From a virus (taxonomy: Duplodnaviria; Caudoviricetes): a stretch of 26,148 nt of DNA. Position 1 is the stretch's first letter, and each line of letters opens with the position of its first letter. The notes under the pieces were generated by a model. The model saw nothing but the letters and a program-made list of their open reading frames with translations, was not told the DNA's origin and ran no database searches. A program made the translations under genes and the position numbers. Below are positions 1 to 9,454 of this stretch, piece by piece. The stretch spans positions 1 to 26,148 of IMG/VR virus record IMGVR_UViG_3300032260_000023. The stretch is one strand, 5' to 3'.

Positions 1-96
1 GGGTGGAGTAATAGGCTGCAAAGGATGACATAATGGCACGATGGAAAATATGCTAGAATAGAGTATTATATGTAAAATCTCATTCCGTGAGGCAGT

Positions 97-684
97 ATGA
101 ATATACTTGTAAATGGATACCCTAAGCATGGGGTGCATGCGGCGTTAAAGACAGTAGAGCTTTTGGGCCTTCCAGTTCAATGCGCTATATCTCAGGAAGG
201 TGCTAGATTAGACCATTTGAAGGCTCATTTCACGCTTAATGGAATTACATATGTTGCAGAACTTAATGATATTAAGCATGTATTTATAGTTCGCAATCCA
301 CGCAATGCATTAATTTCATGGTTCCGGCAAGGGAACTTACCGCTCCAAACAGGAAAGCTTATTGGTCAAATCAAGAGCTTTAAAAGTGAGGGTGTGTCAT
401 ACCCAGATACCTATAATGATTACCTACCTTGGCTGAACGATCCCCAAACCCTAGTTGTACGATTTGAAGGTCTTGTATCTGATAAGGGAAAAACCATAGA
501 GAGAATTGCTGATTATCTCGGGGTTAAGTATTTTGATGATGCTTTTGAAAGCCTGCCAGGAGGAACTATCACGTGGATGGGCGAGTATAGTGATTGGCAG
601 AAGTGCTGGAATGATGATATTGAACAGGCGTGGATAGAATGTGGCGGATTAGAACTAGAAAAGGCATTAGGATATGCTGGTTGA
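97..684 (+). CDS. PAPS-dependent sulfotransferase-fold protein
   Basis: N-terminal GYPKHGVH (variant of the YPKSGT 5'-PSB loop), FIVRNPRNALISW (3'-PB RxPxxxxxS motif), LVVRFEGL and IERIADYLG, all typical of the Sulfotransfer family. Confidence 0.8.
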   Translation: MNILVNGYPKHGVHAALKTVELLGLPVQCAISQEGARLDHLKAHFTLNGITYVAELNDIKHVFIVRNPRNALISWFRQGNLPLQTGKLIGQIKSFKSEGVSYPDTYNDYLPWLNDPQTLVVRFEGLVSDKGKTIERIADYLGVKYFDDAFESLPGGTITWMGEYSDWQKCWNDDIEQAWIECGGLELEKALGYAG

Positions 685-1030
685 GTGTCTTATAAGAGTC
701 GTTGATAAAGTGGGGACAACTCAGCGCCTTGATGCGGGATTGACGAAAGATGGCGATGCCATTGTAATCCAACGTAGCCCTGGCATATGGGGGATTGAGG
801 ATTTTGCTAATCCTGATTGGCGTATTGTATTGATAGACCTAACGGCTACACAGGTTGATGCTTTATTGGCGGCAGAAACAGGAGAGTTTGCGTATAGGGA
901 TAATAGAAAAAGAAAATTTAGATTAAATACTGGAGCCATGACTCCCTACATTCATGATAATCCAACAGGGATTGTTGATCTAACCGACATGAATATGAAT
1001 GCTCTCATCATGCTTAAAGGCGAGCTGTAG
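674..1030 (+). CDS. hypothetical phage protein
   Basis: 118-aa ORF overlapping both neighbours in a co-directional operon. Confidence 0.75.
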   Translation: MLVECLIRVVDKVGTTQRLDAGLTKDGDAIVIQRSPGIWGIEDFANPDWRIVLIDLTATQVDALLAAETGEFAYRDNRKRKFRLNTGAMTPYIHDNPTGIVDLTDMNMNALIMLKGEL

Positions 1031-2055
1031 TGGCAACGCCAGTAGTTAAATCAATTGGAACAGCAACCAGAGACTATTCGACCATTCAGGCGTTTGAAGA
1101 TGCTATACCCGCATCCATAGTAGCTACAGATGAAACGTGGACAGGCGAAACATACAACGATTCTGAGTTTTCAGCAGGTACTACATTTTCTGGTACTACA
1201 ACAGACGCTACACACTGGATAACACTTACAACAGCAACCGGCGAATCTTTCATAGATGACGCTGGAGCTGCTTCCAACCCCCTAAAATATGATCAATCCA
1301 AAGGCGTAGGGATTAAGGTAACAGCCGCCTATACCCAGGCGATAAATATTTCCACGCAGTATGTAACGTTAGAAAAGATCCAAATTTGGAGAACGAGCGC
1401 GGGTGGTTCAAACAGAGTAATAATAGCCGGTAATAACACCACTATTAACAATAATATTTTGTATCAAGAAAATACTTTTGAGGCTGTATCACTAGCGTCA
1501 TCTGGATCAAAAATAATTAATAGTTTAATTATTACTAAATCAACAGGTGGGACTGGATTAGAGTTACTGTCGGGAGCTGGAGCTTATAACGTTACTGTCG
1601 CTAGTCCTTCAGACGTAACAAACTCAGGAACGGGTATCGTTGCTGTTTATGCTAATAACATTGTTAAAAACTGTTGTTCTTTTGGGTTTAATACGGATTA
1701 CTCAGCCTCTGGATGGGACACTACAAACAGCTCATACAATGCCTCTGATAGCACAGGCAACCCAGGCGGAAACTCTCAAGACAGCCTTACCTATGCAAAT
1801 CAATTTGAAAACACGACCTCTGCAAGCCATGATTTTCGCCTTAAAGCTGGCTCAGATTTAGAGGGCAACGGCACACGAGACGCTACAAACACTGGCGACC
1901 TGGATATTATAGGGCAAGCAAGATCAACAACAACGCCGGATATTGGTTGCTGGGAGTACCAGGCAGCAGCAGGCGCAATAAGTAATCTAGCTGGCAGCGG
2001 TGGGTTGGCTGGACAAGGTTCATTAATAGTCGGCCCTGGCGGGCTTGCGGGGTAA
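1030..2055 (+). CDS. putative virion protein, beta-helix (pectin-lyase-like) with choice-of-anchor-Q-like C-terminus
   Basis: Asn/Thr/Ser/Ile-rich beta-strand repeats (INNNILY, IINSLI, IVKNC); C-terminal DFRLKAGS...DIIGQAR...PDIGCWEY; GTG start overlaps the upstream TAG. Confidence 0.6.
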   Translation: MATPVVKSIGTATRDYSTIQAFEDAIPASIVATDETWTGETYNDSEFSAGTTFSGTTTDATHWITLTTATGESFIDDAGAASNPLKYDQSKGVGIKVTAAYTQAINISTQYVTLEKIQIWRTSAGGSNRVIIAGNNTTINNNILYQENTFEAVSLASSGSKIINSLIITKSTGGTGLELLSGAGAYNVTVASPSDVTNSGTGIVAVYANNIVKNCCSFGFNTDYSASGWDTTNSSYNASDSTGNPGGNSQDSLTYANQFENTTSASHDFRLKAGSDLEGNGTRDATNTGDLDIIGQARSTTTPDIGCWEYQAAAGAISNLAGSGGLAGQGSLIVGPGGLAG

Positions 2056-2058
2056 TAA

Positions 2059-4062
2059 GTGTATATTGGCGATTTTCCAGAAGATTATGCGACGCTTAAC
2101 TATAAGTTCACTACGCGCACCACAGCAGGTGTTCCTGCTACGCTGGGTGGCACTCCTGTAATTTCGGTATACGAATCAAACAGCGTTACTCAAATAACGG
2201 CAGGTATTACCTTAACAGCAGATTTTGACAGCGTTACTGGTCTTAATAATGTCCTAATTGATCTGTCTGCTTCTGCGCTATACACGGTGGATACCGATTT
2301 TCAGATCGTCATAACCACAGGCACTGTAAACAGCGTCAGCGTGGTAGGGGAAGTGGTCGGCTCATTCTCCATCGAGCGAAGTGGCGGGGTTTTGGCGCTA
2401 ATAAAAGCCGGAAACATTTCAGCAAATGTCACGCAGATTAGCGGCGATTCTACAGCAGCTGATAATCTAGAGCTACAGTACGATACAACCGGGCTGGCTG
2501 GTGATAACTTCCCTGCTACCCAGCTTCAGATAGGCCAACTTTCTGTTGGGTCGGCTGCTATTTCGACAGTTGCCGAGAGTTATACATTGACGACTGGCAC
2601 ACAGTCCTCTGGCACATATACAGACACGGAAACCGCAAACGATGTCGCGCACCAGCACACAGATACAGCAGGCGCGATGGAGTTGTATTATCAATTCGAC
2701 GTTGGCGGTAGCGGTGTTGCGTCTGAAGTCTCATTGCGGCACTACCTCACAAGCTCTAATGATACTGTCGGAATCTATGCTTATAATTGGGGCGGTGCGT
2801 CTTGGGATAAGCTGGGTGATAGAGGAGGCTCTAGCGCTACGTACCAAATCGATAACTGGTCACTATTGACCAGAAACACAGGAACAGGAGCAAACCTTGG
2901 AAAGGTAAGAATCCGCTATTACGAAGCAGCAGGGATGACATCCGCCACTCTTGCGGTGGATAAGATAGATGTTTCCTATGCGGTTGTTTCTCAATCAGTT
3001 GGCTATGATGGTGGTCAGGTCTGGATTGATACTGTGAACGGCACTTCCGGTGTAGAAAGTTATGTTAATGGTGTGGCTGATAATCCGGTTGACACGCTAG
3101 CATCGGCTACCACGATTGCAGGCAATGTTGGCCTAAATCAGTATTATGCATCTAATGATTCTACTATTACTTTTGCCTCATCGAGAGCGAATGAAGTATG
3201 GAAGGGCTACGGATGGGCATGCGTTCTTGGTGGACAAGAAGTAGGCGGGACGCATATTTTCCACGGTAATGATGTTTCTGGCACTGGAATATGCTCGGCA
3301 GAATGTCACATTGTAGACTCCCACGTTGGCGTGATTACTCTTGGTCAAAGCCATTTCAGTCGATGTGGGTTTAAGTCTAGCTTCACTGCTAACGCGGCAG
3401 CAGAATTCTTTGTAGAAACCTGTTATTCAGAGGTTGCAGGCGCATCAAATCCAACATTTGATTTCTCTGGCAATGGGGCATCTTCAACTATTAGTGTCAG
3501 AGAGTGGTATGGCGGCGGCACTTGGACGTTTGATGCAGATTGCACGGCTTCAATCGAAGTCCCGGTAGGCGGAAGTCATACAATTACCACAGGCGGCGGT
3601 GATATTGAATTTCGAGGAGCGCCTAAGAACATAACAGTCACCACCAGTGGAACAGGAACCACTAATATAGTCGTTTGGTCAGGGTGCCCTATCGTTGTAA
3701 ATGGCGCTGCTGGAACGGTTAACGTCTATGGCCTGCACAATGGTATAACAGGTACTTATGCTGGGTCTGTTACTGACTTGGGCGCAGACATCACTGATAT
3801 TCCTAGTATCTTGCTGGATACTGATGCTATCAAGGCGCTACTTGATGATCCACGGGGTGAACCCGGACAGGGGGCATTGCCTGTAAACCCTGATATTGTC
3901 ACCAAAATCGACTATCTTTATAAGTTGCTGAGAAACAAAAAGGACAATGATGGCACTACAACCAAATTCTATGCAGACGACGGAACCACAGTGGATCAGA
4001 AACAAACTACCTCAGAGTCAGGTGGCACAGTGACTAAGGGTGAGATAGAGAGCGGCCCATAG
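2059..4062 (+). CDS. large T/S/G-rich beta-structured putative virion (fibre/spike or head-fibre) protein
   Basis: 667-aa acidic Thr/Gly/Ser-rich ORF with structural-protein composition; no catalytic motif seen. Confidence 0.55.
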   Translation: MYIGDFPEDYATLNYKFTTRTTAGVPATLGGTPVISVYESNSVTQITAGITLTADFDSVTGLNNVLIDLSASALYTVDTDFQIVITTGTVNSVSVVGEVVGSFSIERSGGVLALIKAGNISANVTQISGDSTAADNLELQYDTTGLAGDNFPATQLQIGQLSVGSAAISTVAESYTLTTGTQSSGTYTDTETANDVAHQHTDTAGAMELYYQFDVGGSGVASEVSLRHYLTSSNDTVGIYAYNWGGASWDKLGDRGGSSATYQIDNWSLLTRNTGTGANLGKVRIRYYEAAGMTSATLAVDKIDVSYAVVSQSVGYDGGQVWIDTVNGTSGVESYVNGVADNPVDTLASATTIAGNVGLNQYYASNDSTITFASSRANEVWKGYGWACVLGGQEVGGTHIFHGNDVSGTGICSAECHIVDSHVGVITLGQSHFSRCGFKSSFTANAAAEFFVETCYSEVAGASNPTFDFSGNGASSTISVREWYGGGTWTFDADCTASIEVPVGGSHTITTGGGDIEFRGAPKNITVTTSGTGTTNIVVWSGCPIVVNGAAGTVNVYGLHNGITGTYAGSVTDLGADITDIPSILLDTDAIKALLDDPRGEPGQGALPVNPDIVTKIDYLYKLLRNKKDNDGTTTKFYADDGTTVDQKQTTSESGGTVTKGEIESGP

Positions 4063-4067
4063 CGTCA

Positions 4068-4098
4068 TTGACAAAATAGGATATTATATGCTTATAAA
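4068..4098 (+). promoter_or_regulatory. putative promoter upstream of the packaging operon
   Basis: Perfect TTGACA at 4068-4073 in an AT-rich gap; nearest -10-like hexamer TATAAA (4093-4098) is at a suboptimal 19-bp spacing. Confidence 0.4.
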
Positions 4099-4125
4099 TA
4101 ATCAATTAACAAACGGCCTGTACTA

Positions 4126-4386
4126 ATGCTTCGCTTTGATCCAATGGTATGGTCAATCCCTTTCTTCCTGGGAACGGCATCACAGGAGCATAAATTGAAC
4201 ATCACCAGAGTAGTTGAAGCGCTTATCATAGCGGGAGTGGCAGGAGGCGTGTCAGTTTACAGCGCACAACAAGTCACGGCAGAGAAAATGAACTCTCTAA
4301 GCTCTGCCATAGAGCGCATAGAGGCAAACCAGCTGCAAATACAGCGAGACATGTACAAACCAGTCATAGGAAAGAAGGAGGAATAA
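4126..4386 (+). CDS. small membrane protein with C-terminal coiled coil (holin-like possible)
   Basis: Hydrophobic VVEALIIAGVAGGVSVY followed by a heptad-like segment. Confidence 0.55.
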   Translation: MLRFDPMVWSIPFFLGTASQEHKLNITRVVEALIIAGVAGGVSVYSAQQVTAEKMNSLSSAIERIEANQLQIQRDMYKPVIGKKEE

Positions 4387-4484
4387 TGGGAAACGACGGA
4401 AAAGACGCAGTAGACCTATTCAAAGCATTATCCATTCAAGTAGCAGGGTTTATGGTGCTACTCAGCTCAATGTTTGCGTGGTGA
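4386..4484 (+). CDS. 32-aa hydrophobic peptide MGNDGKDAVDLFKALSIQVAGFMVLLSSMFAW
   Basis: Not in the ORF track. AAGGAGG RBS, TAATG overlap with the upstream stop, fills the gap before TerS. Confidence 0.55.
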   Translation: MGNDGKDAVDLFKALSIQVAGFMVLLSSMFAW

Positions 4485-4493
4485 GGTCATATT

Positions 4494-4802
4494 ATGTCCA
4501 CTCCAAAAACCATGAGAAAAGTCCTAAATCATGACGACAAAACACGCGCGAAGATTAAAACAAGTCACTTAATAAATCGTCTTACAGATCATGTGGATGG
4601 AAAAGTTGAACTTACAGCGTCGCAAGTCACTGCTGCGCTTGGATTAATTCGGAAAACGCTACCCGATCTAGCAGCGATGGAAGTCAAGGCTCATGTAGAA
4701 CATCACACTGTTTCATCTAACGTAATGACTGAGGATGAGTGGGGCAAAGAGTATGGCAATAGTCTGGAGACCACAAGCAGGCCCACAAAAGAGCTTAATT
4801 GA
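4494..4802 (+). CDS. putative terminase small subunit
   Basis: Immediately upstream of and overlapping TerL; helical KIKTSHLINRL...QVTAALGLIRKTLPDL pattern; GAGG RBS. Confidence 0.65.
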   Translation: MSTPKTMRKVLNHDDKTRAKIKTSHLINRLTDHVDGKVELTASQVTAALGLIRKTLPDLAAMEVKAHVEHHTVSSNVMTEDEWGKEYGNSLETTSRPTKELN

Positions 4803-6153
4803 TTGCCCTGTTTATGAAATCTTTTACGGTGGCGCAAGAGGCGGGGGGAAGACTGATGGTGTGCTCGGTAAGATGGCACTCAAAGCTAATAGGCTTGGTG
4901 CAAAATTCAATTGTGTATTTTTCCGCCATGAAATACCCATGCTCGATGATGCCATTGCCAGGTCACAACAGATATATGGTGCATTAGGTTGGCAGTGGCA
5001 GGATCAGAAGAAAACCTGGACTACGCCATATGGCGGAAGGTTAAGGTTTAGGCCGCTAGAGCGTACAAGGGACGCTGAGAAGTACCAGGGGCAGAACCTG
5101 AGTGATGTCTGCATAGAGGAGGCAGGCAACTACCCGGATCCAGCACCGATAATGAGGCTGCATGCGGTTATTAGGGGTAGTGGCGAGGGGCAAATGCACC
5201 TTACTGGCAACCCAGGAGGGCCAGGACAGCTTTGGATAAAGGACAGGTACATAGATCCATGCCCAGCAGGTAACAGGGTAATAACTGATATCCTTCCTGA
5301 TGGCTCGGAAAAGAAAAGGGTATTTATCCCGGCTAAGGTGAGAGATAACAAGATACTCCTTGCGAATGACCCTGGGTACATATCAAGCCTTTACTTGGTG
5401 GGATCGGAGCAACTGGTAAAAGCATGGCTGAACGGTGACTGGAGCGCGATAGAGGGCGCTTATTTTGATTGCTGGAGCAGTGATCTTGTTATCAGGCCAT
5501 TCGAAATACCAGGCCATTGGACAAGGATAATGTCTTTTGACTGGGGATCAGCCAGGCCGTTTTCAGTGGGTTGGTGGGCTGTAGCTTCAGAGGATTACAT
5601 TGGGGAAAATGGAAGAATCCCCAAAAATGCTATGATTAGGTATAGAGAGTGGTACGGCGCTAGCGGGCCTAATGTAGGTTTAAAGATGACAGCTGAAGAC
5701 GTAGCCATAGGCATTAAGGATAGGACAAGGGAGAAGATGCACAGATCAGTCGCAGACCCTGCTATTTTTGCAGAGGACGGCGGGCCAAGCATTGCAGAGA
5801 GAATGCGTAAGGCGGCAAAGATCAACTTCTATCCTGCTGATAACAAGCGTATTCCAGGCTGGGATCAGATGCGTGCTAGAATGCAAGGAGAAGATGATAG
5901 GCCAATGGTTTATTTGTTTAATACGTGCGCTGATTCAATACGGACAATACCGGCCTTGCAACATGACGAGATTAAACCAGAGGATCTTGATACAGATGGC
6001 GAGGATCATGCAGCAGACGAGTGGAGGTATGGGTTAATGGCTCGACCTTATGCAAGACCAAAGCCACCTAAAGAGAGGCCTATTAATTCTGTGCATGACA
6101 TGACCCTGAACGACTTGTGGAGTAAGGCACCTAAGAAGGGTAAGAGGATATGA
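4753..6153 (+). CDS. terL: terminase large subunit
   Basis: Q motif WRPQAGPQ, Walker A GGARGGGKT, Walker B VCIEEA, coupling motif TGNP, nuclease motifs SFDWG and DHAADEWRY; start at 4753 (MAIVW) or 4735. Confidence 0.96.
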   Translation: MAIVWRPQAGPQKSLIDCPVYEIFYGGARGGGKTDGVLGKMALKANRLGAKFNCVFFRHEIPMLDDAIARSQQIYGALGWQWQDQKKTWTTPYGGRLRFRPLERTRDAEKYQGQNLSDVCIEEAGNYPDPAPIMRLHAVIRGSGEGQMHLTGNPGGPGQLWIKDRYIDPCPAGNRVITDILPDGSEKKRVFIPAKVRDNKILLANDPGYISSLYLVGSEQLVKAWLNGDWSAIEGAYFDCWSSDLVIRPFEIPGHWTRIMSFDWGSARPFSVGWWAVASEDYIGENGRIPKNAMIRYREWYGASGPNVGLKMTAEDVAIGIKDRTREKMHRSVADPAIFAEDGGPSIAERMRKAAKINFYPADNKRIPGWDQMRARMQGEDDRPMVYLFNTCADSIRTIPALQHDEIKPEDLDTDGEDHAADEWRYGLMARPYARPKPPKERPINSVHDMTLNDLWSKAPKKGKRI

Positions 6154-6401
6154 GTACCAACCAAGAGCTACGCCAAGCAAGCATAAGAGCTGTAACCAGC
6201 ACAACCGGAACGCTCAATGAGGACTGGATAGCTTTATTTGATGTGAGGGCTATACCCGCTGGCTCGTTTAACGAGCGTATGATTGGCTATCTCCAAGGTC
6301 AACTGGTCAGCACAGAGACCAACCTACCAGAATTGAAAGATGCTTTTGCCGTATCGCAAGGCTTTGATAAGTGGGATTCAATGGGAACATTTACACCATG
6401 A
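6150..6401 (+). CDS. hypothetical protein between TerL and portal
   Basis: ATGA overlaps at both ends; GAGG RBS. Confidence 0.75.
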   Translation: MSTNQELRQASIRAVTSTTGTLNEDWIALFDVRAIPAGSFNERMIGYLQGQLVSTETNLPELKDAFAVSQGFDKWDSMGTFTP

Positions 6402-8524
6402 CAGTTATAAATTGGCTTGATGAGGTACAGAAGGCAGAGAAGCGCGAAAGCGAATGGAGAGAAAAAGCTAAGCTGGTAGTTGAGCGCTATCGAGATGAGA
6501 GGAACGCTAGCAATGATAATGACACTCGCTACAACATCCTATGGAGCAATACCGAGACTTTAAAGCCTGCCCTCTACTCAAACACACCTAAACCTATTGT
6601 CGATCGTCGCCATAAAGACCGTGATCCTGTTGGATTAGAAGCTTCTAAGATAATCGAAAGAGCGCTTGAGTACCATCTTGATTGTATTGATTTTGACGGC
6701 GAGATGAAGAGCGCTGTTGAAGATTACCTGTTACCTGCAAGAGCTGTGGCCAGGGTCAAATATGAGCCCACCTATGGCGAAGAGGAGACCCCAGAAGGAA
6801 AAGCCCCATTTAATCCGGTCGTGTATGAAAAGGCTGTACCAGAGTATGTTCACTGGAGAGACTTCCTAAACGGCCCTGGGCGCAGATGGTCAGAGGTCGA
6901 ATGGGTAGCATTTAAGGCCTATATGGATCGGGATGAGCTTGTGGAAAGGTTCGGTGAAATAGGCAACAAAATACCCTTGGATTATAAGATTGAAGAGGAA
7001 GATAGCGAGAGCCAAGCAGAAGAGAAGGCGACTATCTATGAGATTTGGGATAAAAAGAATAAGCAGGTCAGATGGCTAGCTAAAGAATACAAAGAATCAA
7101 TGCTTGAAGAGGGTGATCCACCTCTAAACTTCGATGGCTTTTACCCTTGTCCAAAGCCTTTGTACGCAGGGCATACCAACGACACTATTATACCCATCCC
7201 TCTTTATGTGCAGTATCAGGATCAAGCACAGGAGCTAGATCAGCTTACTAAGCGTATTGCATTGCTCACGGAGGCGCTGAAGGTTTCAGGCGTTTATGAT
7301 GGCTCAATAGATGGGCTGCAACAGCTAGTACTGGATGGGTGCGAGAATAAGTTAATACCTGTGGATAACTGGCCAAGCCATGTTAAGGGCGGAGGGATTA
7401 ATGGTGCAATTGATTTCTTGCCCATAGGTGAGGTAGCTACCGTTCTATTGGGTCTTTATGAGGCCAGGGAAAAAGTCAAGCAGGATCTTTACGAAATCAC
7501 TGGGATGTCTGACATTATCCGAGGGACAGTCGATCCACGTGAGAAGATGGGGCAGTCCAGGTTAAAAGCTCAGTATGCCACATTGCGGATATCAGACAGG
7601 CAGAAAGAGGTTGCACGATTCGCAAGGGATATGCTCCAGCTTATGTCGGAAGTCATTGCTGAGGAGTTCAGTCCTCAGACCTTAACCTTAATGACTGGGT
7701 TAGAAGTGCCTGAACAAGTTATTCGGTTATTGAGAGATGATCCTATCCGTAACTTTAGGATTGATCTTGAGACTGATTCTACCATTGAGCCAGATCAGCA
7801 GATGGAGAAACAGGCAAGGATTGAATTCTTGACTGCTGCTGGGTCTTTTCTCGATAGCGCTTTAGTGATTGGGGAGAAAGCGCCTAAAATGACCCCATTA
7901 TTGGGCGAAATGCTGTTGTTTGGGGTTAAGGGATTTGGGGTATCAAGGGATTTGGAGGGTGCTTTTGAAGAGGCTATGCAATCTATGCAGTCACAGCCAG
8001 AAACAGAAACAGACATGGAAGGTCAGCAGGAAGCAATGGAGCGGCAGGCAGAAACTAAGTTAAAAGCACAAGAAACTGCTGGCAAGCAAGAGATAGAGAA
8101 AGGAAAGCTTATCCTTGAAGATAAAGCTCAACAGCTTGAGGTGCATAAACAGCAGCATGCTATGGCCATGAAAGAAAAAGAGCTAACCATTAAAGAGCAA
8201 GAAGTGAGCATTAAGCAGCGCGAACAGGCCGTCAAAGAGGCAGAACTTACTTGCAAGTTTAATGAACAAGAGCAAGATAAGCAGCGTGAACTTGAGGAGA
8301 ATGAAGAGATGAAAAGCCAAGACATGCAGGCATTGCAGCAGATTGTGGAGACCTCACAAGCAACCGCGCAGGCAGCTGTTGAGTCATCAGAGGCCATTGC
8401 TCAAGCGATGATGCAACAAGCAAAGGCGATTATGCAGATTAGCGCACAAATGACCGCACCTAAAGAGCTTGTGAGGGATGAGAAAGGAAAGGCTGTTGGA
8501 GTGAGAACAGTGCTGGATAGCTGA
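6398..8524 (+). CDS. portal protein (P22-like, long C-terminal Q/E coiled-coil barrel)
   Basis: Position after TerL, ~710 aa, YNILWSN..TLKPALY and YEITGMSDIIRG motifs, Q/E/K-rich tail; ATGA-coupled start at 6398. Confidence 0.9.
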   Translation: MTVINWLDEVQKAEKRESEWREKAKLVVERYRDERNASNDNDTRYNILWSNTETLKPALYSNTPKPIVDRRHKDRDPVGLEASKIIERALEYHLDCIDFDGEMKSAVEDYLLPARAVARVKYEPTYGEEETPEGKAPFNPVVYEKAVPEYVHWRDFLNGPGRRWSEVEWVAFKAYMDRDELVERFGEIGNKIPLDYKIEEEDSESQAEEKATIYEIWDKKNKQVRWLAKEYKESMLEEGDPPLNFDGFYPCPKPLYAGHTNDTIIPIPLYVQYQDQAQELDQLTKRIALLTEALKVSGVYDGSIDGLQQLVLDGCENKLIPVDNWPSHVKGGGINGAIDFLPIGEVATVLLGLYEAREKVKQDLYEITGMSDIIRGTVDPREKMGQSRLKAQYATLRISDRQKEVARFARDMLQLMSEVIAEEFSPQTLTLMTGLEVPEQVIRLLRDDPIRNFRIDLETDSTIEPDQQMEKQARIEFLTAAGSFLDSALVIGEKAPKMTPLLGEMLLFGVKGFGVSRDLEGAFEEAMQSMQSQPETETDMEGQQEAMERQAETKLKAQETAGKQEIEKGKLILEDKAQQLEVHKQQHAMAMKEKELTIKEQEVSIKQREQAVKEAELTCKFNEQEQDKQRELEENEEMKSQDMQALQQIVETSQATAQAAVESSEAIAQAMMQQAKAIMQISAQMTAPKELVRDEKGKAVGVRTVLDS

Positions 8525-9033
8525 TGGCTATAACGACAATTGATGAGAAGCTTGCAGTCCTTAATCTGGACAATATTTTAGAGGCCGGGCTCGTCATTAA
8601 TGAAGCATCTCCTTTCTCTCAGGGTGATAAACAACAGTTGCTGTGGGGTTATCCTGGGGTTTTATGGGCTGAGACAGCGGCTGTTGTGCCTGAGCCAAGT
8701 CGTGGTGCCAGGGGCGGCGGGGCGAAATTATTTCCTGAAGACAACAGGCACCGCAGAAGAGAGATAGAAAGTATGTATGCGCTTCTCTCTGGGGAGCAGC
8801 TGGACGTGCCAGAAGAGATGGCGGAAGAGGCATCCAAGAAAGCTGCTGAAATCGTCAGGCCTTTTGCTAAGACCAAAGCCAAGAAACCTAAGCCAAACAG
8901 AGTAGATTGGGCTAAAATGTCAGTAATGGCTGACGCTGTGGAGCGCATGATATCGCTTTATGGTAAAGTTAAACGCAGAGAGCAGGCTATACTAGAAGAT
9001 GAGGAGGCAGCAATATTGTTGCTGATGTCATGA
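8524..9033 (+). CDS. hypothetical phage protein
   Basis: TGATG coupling to portal; ends DEEAAILLLMS. Confidence 0.75.
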   Translation: MAITTIDEKLAVLNLDNILEAGLVINEASPFSQGDKQQLLWGYPGVLWAETAAVVPEPSRGARGGGAKLFPEDNRHRRREIESMYALLSGEQLDVPEEMAEEASKKAAEIVRPFAKTKAKKPKPNRVDWAKMSVMADAVERMISLYGKVKRREQAILEDEEAAILLLMS

Positions 9034-9356
9034 TGCCAGTTTACGTCCATACATGTAAAAAGTGCGATAAAACTGTAGAGGTTTTCAGAAAAGTTGCAGA
9101 CTATGACAGGAATTTCCCCAAATGCTGTGGCAATAAAATGCCGAGAGTTCTATGTGCGCCAGCTGTGCTTGATGATATGACACCATATCGATCCCCTGTT
9201 GATGGTTCTATCATTAACTCAAGATCAGGCCATAGAAACCACCTAAAAGAACACAGGCTTATTGAGGTAGGAAACGAGAAACTAAGAGGTCATGCCAATA
9301 AAGGGTGTGAATCTGAAGGTGTGGCTGAGGATATCGTCAAGGCTATTAACCAATAG
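9030..9356 (+). CDS. FmdB-like zinc-ribbon protein
   Basis: MPVYVHTCKKC...PKCCG zinc-ribbon signature. Confidence 0.75.
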   Translation: MMPVYVHTCKKCDKTVEVFRKVADYDRNFPKCCGNKMPRVLCAPAVLDDMTPYRSPVDGSIINSRSGHRNHLKEHRLIEVGNEKLRGHANKGCESEGVAEDIVKAINQ

Positions 9357-9366
9357 GAGGTGATCG

Positions 9367-9411
9367 GTGGGTTGTAAGAAAGGCCGCAGAGGCGGTGGTA
9401 AACGTAAATAG
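9367..9411 (+). CDS. 14-aa basic micropeptide MGCKKGRRGGGKRK
   Basis: Near-perfect SD AGGAGGTGA (9355-9363) just before GTG at 9367; stop TAG at 9409-9411. Confidence 0.45.
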   Translation: MGCKKGRRGGGKRK

Positions 9412-9427
9412 AACGCTGTGAAGCGTT
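9412..9427 (+). promoter_or_regulatory. GUGA-tetraloop hairpin upstream of scaffold gene
   Basis: AACGCT-GTGA-AGCGTT, perfect 6-bp stem. Confidence 0.5.
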
Positions 9428-9454
9428 AATTTTCCCTTAAAGACGGAGTATATT

